A DNA stretch of 42,170 bases, taken from Veleropilina oligotropha. Taxonomy: Eukaryota. The position numbers and the translations under genes are program-made. Shown here piece after piece: positions 33,440 to 42,170 of the stretch (positions are counted from its first letter, which is position 1; every line of letters starts with the position of its first letter). The DNA lies in contig JBEUKZ010000019.1 of NCBI GenBank assembly GCA_048128005.1, positions 744,001-786,170 on the forward strand, in the 5' to 3' direction. The notes under the pieces were generated by a model. It worked only from the letters and a program-made list of their open reading frames with translations, did not search any database and was not told the DNA's origin.

Positions 33440-36400
33440 TGGGGGATCGGTCCGAGATATCGTTTTAATTGGTTTGAAAATTCCAGGGCCCGTATTCAGG
33501 CGCGGATCCAGGGGGGGGGCGCACCCGGCACGCGCCCCCCCCCCCCCCCCTAAAGTTGGCCAAGCATACTAAAATAATATGTATAATCTGATACAAATGA
33601 CTTTCAGAACATTATACATAGGCTGTTGCAATGTAATAATGCAGGAGGGGGGATTTCACATCGTTAATTGTCAAAATTTTGTTGCGCGTGGGGCGCCGAC
33701 CCCACGCCGACAATTCGATTATGACAAAATAACATAAAAATTTGACTCGTGCTATTTAAGTGACGGTGGTTCATAAAAAGTTAGAATGAAATATCGCTTT
33801 TGCCCTATCAGAGTGCAGGAGAGGGGGTTTCATGGTGTTGATTCTCAAAATTTTCTTTCGCGTGGAGCCCCGCCCCCACGCGAACAGTTGATAGTAAATT
33901 CAGCGCCCCCCACCCCTAAGCCAAATTCCTGGATCCGCGCCTGGTATTCGTTTTAATTGTGGTCGCATATGTAGTGTTCATTGCTTGGTTCTGGTTATTC
34001 AGTCTTTTCGATATGGCGGATAGAGAGTAACCTAACGTTTGTTTTTATTAAGAAGGCAAATAAGGAGGAGTTATTTGACTTAGCTATAAAGCGCACAATG
34101 TGCAAATTGACACTTCCATGAAAATCAGAGATATTTTAATTGATACTTTGTGTACAGAGAGTATGGATAGTTCAAACATAGTAGTGGAGGAGAGTGAAGC
34201 TCGCAATGAAAATGTTGTTCAGCAGGTTCCTCAGTATTCTTTCGAGCAAACTTTCGCTCTTCGAAAACTTGATTTTGAAAAGAACAAGGCAAGACCAATT
34301 GCTTCAAATGAAAGCTTTAGAGAACAGAAGTGGTTCGAGACAAAGTAATGAAAACGGTGAGAAAGGGAGTAGTTCTTTTAAGATCATTGATTGCTATAGG
34401 TCTGTTCAAAATTTTGATGAACATGAGGTTGAGCGATTCTTCCAACAATGTGAGCATGTCGCTATAGAGCTGAAGTGACCTGATGAATATTGGCATATTC
34501 TCGTTCAGAGTAATTTTAAAGGTAGGCGACTCAGGCTCTAACGGGTGATCATGCGAGGGTTTATGCCACCTTGAAGGCTGCCGTTCTTCTGGCATATCAA
34601 CTGACCAGTGTAGCGTACCGACAAAAGTTTAGGTCGTTGTCAAAGTCTAACTCCGAGACCTACTGTGAATTTGAGTATAGACAGGAAAGTGTGTTCGATA
34701 AATAGACTAAAGCTGAAGGAGTAGATAACCAGTTTGAGAGGTAAAGAGTTAGCGGTGTTGGAGCAGTTATAAAATACGCTCCCAATTAATGTGAAAGTTC
34801 ATTAAGAGGACCAAAGGATTCGTTCTGTTTCTGAGGCAGCTGTAGCGGCCGACAACTACGCCCCTATTCATAAAACTAGTGGTTTTAAAGGTAACTCGGT
34901 TCGACAGACGGAAAATAAATCATATGATCAGAATTCAACATTCCGAACGAAAGGTGAGGCTAAGGTCAGTGCTTCTTCAGCATCAAATCTGTCAGCAAGA
35001 GCTAAGTCTTCAAACCAAAGTGTGGCTATTGTGGTAAAAACAATGACTTGGTAGCGGATTGTTTTGCTCGTAAACGTGACAATGATAAAGTCGTTGGTTT
35101 CATTAGTCATGAGATGTTCGATCCCCAAGGAAGAATCGCATATAAGGTACGACAAATACATGTCGCAAGGCATTATCCGCGAAAATGCAAAGAACGACAA
35201 TAGTAAAACTAGAAATGTCACCATCTACAGAGATACCGGGGCATGGCAGAGTTTAATTGTTCGAGATAAGGTTCATGATTTTCCCACTTCAGGTACTGGT
35301 CGTAGTGTGGTGATTTAACCTGTCGGTGGTGGCTACTGTATTGTTCCGTTGCACAAGCTACAAATTGAATCTCGCTTGGTGTCGTGAGAAGTGCTGATTG
35401 GTGTAGTAGACAGTTTGCCCATTCAGGGTGTAGATATACTTCTGGGTAAAGATTTGACCGACATGTGTTGTCAGAACGGTTCACACAAGAGTGCGGTCGT
35501 TTGCGATGCTCCAGTGTTAGCAAATATTGTGGTAGACAATTACGTCATGCCAGCATGCGTTACTACCAGGTCTATGGCTAAGGCAAACAAACGAAACAAT
35601 GATGAAACCGATTTAGGAGATACGTGCGTGGGGAGAATTCTGCGGTCAGATGACAATGGTTCAGAGCAATAAATTGCCGAAGGGAGATAAATCTAGGACA
35701 AGTAACAGTGATGGTATCATCCCTGAATGGGTTTCGTGGAGTAAAGATAGTCTTTGTCAGGCTCAAAAAGATGACAACAGTTTGCAGAATTTTTGGAATA
35801 AAGTGGTAGATGAAAAGCAAGTGGGCAAGGAGACAGATTGTTTCTATTTGCTCAAAGGTGTGTTAATGCGGAAGACTACTTCTAAGTTGATCGATGATGA
35901 AGTTGGAGAGGCTTATCAGGTGGTCGTGCCTAGAATTTATAGACAAGAAATATTAAGCCTATGGCATGAAATTTTGTTTGCTGGTCATTTAGGTAAGACT
36001 ATAGACCTATGAGCGTTTGGCTTCTGACTTTTATTGGCCAGGTATGTACAGCGACACCGAAGGGTTTTGCAAAACGTGTCGCGTGTGTCAGGTGGTTGGG
36101 AAACCTAATCAGAAAATTCCACCAGCTCTTCTCAAAATCATACCGATCGTAGGGGAGGCTTTTTCCAAAGTCCTTATAGACATTGTTGGACCTCTGCCTA
36201 AAACTTCACATGGTAATCAGTACCTCTTGACAGTTATGCGTGTTAACACTAGATTCTCTGAAGCCATTCCACTTCGGAAGGTAACCGCGGCTGTGGTTGC
36301 GAAATGCTTAGTTAAATACTTCACAATGACAGGGTTACCTCAGGAGATACAGTCCGATCAAGGTTCGAACTTCATGTCAAAATTGTTTCAACAAGTCATG

Positions 36401-37390
36401 GTCTTGTTGGATGTGCATCAGGCCAGGTCTAGTGCTTACCACCCGGAATCGCAGGGTGCGTTGGAACGTTTCTATCAAAGTCTCAAATCCTAGTTGAGAT
36501 GTAATTTTGAGGAACACGAGAAGGATTGGGACCAGGGAGTTACATACGTTTTGTTTGCTGCTAGGGATGCAAAACAGGAGTCACTTGGCTTCTCTCCCTT
36601 TGAACTTGTTTATGGTCATACACCCAAGGGGCCATTGAAGTTGGTTAAGGATAAGTGGCTAGACAACACTAGTACAGATCAGCTGCTAGATTTGATTATG
36701 TCGCCAAGGGGCCATTGCTGATCTACGACGCGCGAACGAACTAATCAAAGCGGACTCTTATCCTTTGCCTCGAATTGACGACTGCATCGACAGCATCGGT
36801 CACGCTCGCTTTATCTCCAATTTGGATTTACTGAAAGGCTATTATCGACGTTTCTGCCCAAACTTCGCAACGATTGCCGCTCCCTTAACGTCTCTTCTGA
36901 GAAAAAGTTCAGCGTTTAACTGGACAAACGAGTGTCGGCTGTGGCAATCGTTCGAGTGTCTGAAATATATCCTGTGTTCTTCTCCAGTGTTGGCAGATCC
37001 GAACTTTGAACAACCGTTCAAGCTAGCTGTAGACGCTAGTGATCACGGTTCCGGAGATGTCTTGTTCCAAGAAGACAACCAGGGATTTGATCATCCAATA
37101 AGCTATTTAAGTTTAAATAAGTTTAATCGGCATCAATCAAACTACTCGACCGTCGAGAAGGAGGCGTTGGTCCAAGCCCTGCAACACTTCGAGGTATACC
37201 TCAAGTATCCTGCTCTCATAGTAACTGTGTGGACCGACCACAATCCTTTGACATTCATTCACCGAAAGAAAGGGAACAATCAGAGAGTGCTTCGATGAAG
37301 TCTCATGCTACAGGAGTACTCACTCTCTATAAAACACATTGCTGGTTCTAGTAATGTTATTGCTGACGTTTTGCGCAGAAATTGATCGTG
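33440..37390 (+). mobile_element. Degraded Gmr1-like Ty3/gypsy LTR retrotransposon internal region (gag-PR-INT-RT-RH)
   Basis: tRNA-Pro-like PBS tgggggatcggtccgagat (33440); protease RDTGA (~35230); integrase H..GH, CKTCRVC, DIVGP, SDQGSNF, HPESQGALER (35900-36700) precedes RT YPLPRID/LDLLKGY and RH VDAS, EKEA, TDHNPL; many stops; LTRs not identified. Confidence 0.88.
33497..33943. mobile_element. MITE with CAGGCGCGGATCCAGG TIRs and 5-bp flanking repeat (gtatt)
   Basis: Perfect 16-bp TIRs; gtatt at 33492-33496 and 33944-33948. Confidence 0.88.
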
Positions 37391-37702
37391 GGTGAATGTG
37401 ACCGTTAAATGAACACGGACTATTTTCTGAGTGAAATGGACACTATTATGTTTTATTTGTATTAATTGTGTCATCATCGCAACCAAATGTTATATAGAAA
37501 ATTTACACACATATTATGTAAGTTAAATTTTATATTTTTGTTATTTCCCACTGCACTTGTATTCTTTGAAGTCTTTTAAGTTAGTCGTCACTCATCGAAA
37601 TCAGCCATTTCAATCATTGGTTGCATGTTTAGTCTACATGATTATATTGGCTTTATGTTTAGTCTATATGATTGTATTAGTGGTATTTTACAATGTAGAA
37701 TC

Positions 37703-38283
37703 AAGGTGACCGTCCAGTACTGCGGGTGCGTTTGCGTCTACGGATGCGATTTAATCGATAACATATGTTTTAAAGGGAACCCGTCCAGTACTGCGGGTGC
37801 GTCTGCGATTCAAATTAATCGCCATGTAGCGATCGGATCGCAGCCGCATATGAATCGCACTGGGGATTCCCTAGATATGATGTCATCACAAGAGGGTTTT
37901 CCAACAAAGATGTCGAGCAAAGGTTTTACTATTGATATTTTAGAAAAGTTAATTGAAGAAGTCAGACAACACCCATACATATTCGATCAGTCTAGTCCTC
38001 ATTTTCACGACACACTCAAGATACACGGAATAGCATTTCCCATATTATGGGACTTGAAAACGTCACTGATAAGAGATATTAACACCATTGTCGTACACAA
38101 ACATAAGGCCTACTAGTGTGTGTCACAATACATCGAATGTAGCTTCAACTATAGATCAATATAATAAAGGCCAAGTAAAATTGGTCAATCGCACACATAA
38201 TCGCATTAATGGAATTGGTTCAATCGCTGCCGCAGCCGTAGACGCAACCGCAGACGCAGCCAAAGTACTGGACGGCCAGCTTT
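37703..38283 (+). mobile_element. PIF/Harbinger-like deletion derivative with MADF/Myb-like remnant
   Basis: Inverted ends ccgtccagtact / agtactggacgg with gcgtctacgg / ccgtagacgc; internal LIEEVRQHPYIFD resembles a MADF N-terminus. Confidence 0.65.
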
Positions 38284-38729
38284 AATTAGTTGTTTGTTCT
38301 GCGATGGCCATTAGGCAATCCCCATGCAAACCCGTCGATCAAGTTAACTACGGAACACTTTACAGATCACCATATTATGGTCGCTGATTACGAAAACCAG
38401 ACATATAGTAGGCCTATTATATTAAATGTCGACCTTTCGCTGCGAAAACTCGATAAGGCCCGCTTTCCATGTACGCGGAAACGCGCGCGTTTCCGCGTAC
38501 ATGGAAAGCCGGCCTAATGCTAAGATTCCATATACACGGAATGCGGAACGCTGCATGCGATTTGTACGAATCCATATATACGTTTTACCCATGCGTTTTC
38601 AATCTCTTTGGTAAAGATTTCATACAGAGAACATGGCTAATTATCAGTCAAAATGCAGCGTTCTATGTTGGAGATGAAACAACATAACTTGTTAATCATT
38701 GCTGTTTCATATATATTTTTACAATTAAA

Positions 38730-38853
38730 AAAGCGAAAAATGAAAAGAAAGCACCGTTGGTGAATACATGACATAATCAAGAACCGAATTGCGCAAGGGG
38801 AATACCATAATCTGGTGAAGGAGTTACAATTAGATGGGGACACGTTCCATTAG
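38730..38853 (+). pseudogene. Harbinger-type transposase N-terminal remnant
   Basis: KRKHRW*IHDIIKNRIAQGEYHNLVKELQLD resembles the N-terminus of Harbinger transposases. Confidence 0.55.
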
Positions 38854-38990
38854 TTTGTAAAACCCCCTTCTCAGACGTCATATTGAGGAATTCCGCATCC
38901 GATTCGCACACTTTTGCCGTACTAAGGAGCGATTCATAAAAACGCAGCCGCAACCATTCGCAGCCGGACGACAAATCGTATACCGCATCC

Positions 38991-39027
<37 letters not shown>

Positions 39028-39359
39028 ACATAACATGTGCGCAAAACCGACTCAGGCGGGCCAATAAGTGCATTAATGCACCGTTTCTATGGGATTTCCG
39101 CATATCCTATTTTTAAAAATGATATCACGGAAAAAGATCGACTGATGCAAGCTCAGGAGATCGGCATAATGTAATAAACGATTCCTACTGGCGTGGTGCT
39201 GGATGTTACATTGGGAGCTCCAGTCATGAGGTATAGTAGGTAGGATATTATTACCCGAATACTCGTGCGTGTTGGTATACGTAATAATGTGCGTGTGTTT
39301 GTATCGATATATGCATATCAATCTGCGTTAGACCAGTCTCACGTTGATAGGTCATTACC

Positions 39360-39800
39360 TTCGCTCACGTAGTGGTGGGAGAAAGTATTGCAATCGGATC
39401 GATTTGTCTGTTTGTGTGTCTGTCCGTCTGTCCGTGAGCATATCTCAACAACCATTGATCCGATTTACTTAATTTTTGTACACGAGATAGGGTCCACCAT
39501 ACGCTCGGTCCTCCCCAAAGATGATCCGAATCGGAAAGCGGATGTTTTAACGCAACTTCCGGTTTGCGGATTGTCTGTCCGCGGTCATATCTCAACAACC
39601 ATTGCTCCGATCGTTCCTCCTCAAATATGATTCGAGTCGGAAAGCGGATCCGGACTTTATGACGCAATTTCCCGTTTCCGTTTTTCGGCTCTAACTCAAC
39701 GACCATTGAACCGATTTACTTACTGGAAGAAGTTCCGGAGTTTATGTCGCAATTTCCGGTTTGCGCATTTTCGGCTCTAGCGCTAGAACGCCTCGTCATA
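39360..39800 (+). repeat. DINE-1/HINE-like repeat with GTCY microsatellite and internal subrepeats
   Basis: gtctgtttgtgtgtctgtccgtctgtcc followed by repeated catatctcaacaaccattg and cggaaagcggat blocks. Confidence 0.6.
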
Positions 39801-40042
39801 CAAACTTCAAATTAGGCTCAAAATGTTCTTCAACTATCAATCGCAAAGATTTGTAGTTTCCACCATTCCTTGCCACCGGGGCGAAGGTTTGCAATCTCGA
39901 ATTGCCTTGTTATCATTATTTTTGGAACGAAAATCGCGTGTACACACAGGGCCCCGAATCGCGCAGTTCACTGTGTTACTATATTATATAGATCCGGGGT
40001 CCCTGTGCGTTTACAGGCCAATATCCCACTCATTGATCGAAT

Positions 40043-40720
40043 GCAGGGGCGACTCCATGATTTTGGAAAGGGGGCGTTCAACTTTCATCAAATATACTAC
40101 CAACTGTTCGCGTGAGGGCGGGGGCGGGGCCTCACGCGAAAGAAAATTTTGACCATCAACAGTCTGAAACTGCCCATCCTGCACTCTGACAGGACAAAAG
40201 CGATATTTCTTACCATCATTTATGAACCATTTTCATTAAATGTATGAGTAACTTTTTCATTTTTACCCCAATCTAACACATGCATTTCTGCTTTCAAACG
40301 TTGGGTCTAGACCGCCAGTATCCCCAGAAAAGGCAAGAACCGGTGTGAAACTCTATCCCCTCCAGCATTTTGATGCTAAAAAAATTTTCATTAAAATGTA
40401 TAAAGAAATTTTTCACAATCGTTTTTTTCACAATCTAAAACAATTTTTTTTTTTTTCTCTATGGTGGGGAACGGACCGCCTAGACCCCCAGAAAGTTTTA
40501 ATAATTAACGATGTGAAACCCCCTCTCCTGCATTCTGCCAGTGCAAACGCGATATTTCTTACAAACATTTATGAACTGTTTTCATTAAAATGTATGAGTA
40601 AGTATTTCGGGAGTTTTTACAATGTGTTTACATGCATTTCTCATTTTCAAAAGGAGGTTCCGGACACTGATTCTCAGAAAATTTTAACAATGTACCCCTG
40701 ACCCCCCCCCCCCCCCCATC
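40043..40720. repeat. MITE-like repeat related (inverted) to interior of 33497-33943
   Basis: cctgcactctgacaggacaaaagcgatatttc (~40178) is close to the reverse complement of ~33788-33820; unit repeated at ~40520. Confidence 0.6.
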
Positions 40721-40917
40721 CCATCGATTGTGGCGTCATCCAATGATTAATCTAACGCGGCATCATAATCACGTCATTGCTATTTGCTTGAAATATTTGG
40801 CATACGCTATATAGGAAATATGCATAAAAGTGCTTAATAAATGCATATTTTTGCATTCTCAAGAGTATATGTATACCAATTTTGGTGATAATTGAGCCGG
40901 TAGTTTTCAAATAAATC

Positions 40918-41232
<315 letters not shown>

Positions 41233-41609
41233 ATATTTTATGTCAATTAATTAAAGTCTAATTTTGTGGTCAATATAATGCTAGAGTGCAGAAGAACGCA
41301 TATAAGACCTTATATAATGGGAACAATTTCGCGTAGAAAATATCGAGTTTTCGACTTTTCTACTTTTCGAGTTCTCCAGTTTTGAAATGTCGAAAAGTCG
41401 AGATTTAATTATTTTTAAATCTTGAGTTTTCGTGGCGAAAAGTCGAGATGGCCATAATCAGCCACCGTATAGTCCTTTGTGGAGGCGTGACAGTGAGCAA
41501 ATCAGCCAGTGATTTCTCTTTGGCGTGGCATGGTTGGTGTGTAGATAGATGTCCCCTTCACTTCCCATTTGACTGTCCGAGATTTGAACGCGCATCCTAT
41601 GCTGTCATC

Positions 41610-42170
41610 TTATTATATCCCCGGACAATAGTCGGGATAGTATGGTCATCGTTCGACCGTGTCCGCCGCAGAGATTTCTTGTGTGCGCTCTATAGTGAAA
41701 AGTTTTAATCCAATTTGATTCAAATTTGGTGTGCACGTCAGTTATGATGAGGACACATAACACCGTCTAACGATATTTGTCGTTTTCGGATTCAAGATGG
41801 CGGCCATTTTGTTTGGAGAGATTTCTTGTGCGCGCTCTACTGTGAATTTTTTTAATCCTATTTGATTCAAATTTGGTATGCACGTTAGTTATGATGAGGA
41901 CACGCCGCCTAACGATTTTTATCGATTTCAGATTCAAGATGGTCGTCTTGGCGGCCATTTTGCTTGGAGAGATTTCTTGTGTGCGCTTTACGGTGAAAAT
42001 TTTTACTCGATTAAATTCAAATTGAGACACGCCGCCTATCGGTTTTCGAATTCAAGCGCACTACACTGAAAAGTTCTAATCGGATTTGATTCAAATTTAG
42101 TATGAACGTTAGTTATGCTGAGGACACGCCATCTAACGATTTTTATCGTTTTCGGATTCAAGATAGCCGC
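41610..42170 (+). repeat. HINE-like element with ~150-bp internal tandem repeats, runs off window end
   Basis: gagatttcttgtg recurs at ~41669, 41818, 41969; start ttattatatcccc with short hairpin. Confidence 0.7.

Overview
AT-rich animal (probably marine invertebrate) genomic DNA. The host gene is an OTUD5/DUBA deubiquitinase orthologue on the minus strand: five exons can be phased from the start codon at 32358 down to 5509, and the gene continues beyond position 1. The 3' end of exon 5, which carries the catalytic-His motif, plus its splice donor has been amplified into a 57-unit, 95-bp tandem array (202-5593) whose common variants are all synonymous in the OTUD5 frame. Two related but diverged full-length DIRS1-type tyrosine-recombinase retrotransposons sit in introns 4 (6908-14371) and 1 (18356-25819), with ITRs, ICR, gag, RT/RNaseH/methyltransferase-like ORF and YR. 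Comparing them suggests a recoding site at the gag stop (CCC-UAG-GG: readthrough gives Gag-YR, +1 slip gives Gag-Pol), covarying RNA hairpins in both UTRs and a conserved 291-nt non-coding block bounded by splice signals. The rest is a mosaic of degraded elements: Penelope-like, Gmr1-like gypsy, Helitron, tRNA-SINEs, MITEs, Harbinger and probable Academ remnants, HINE-like repeats and microsatellites. All calls are from reading the sequence; no searches were run.
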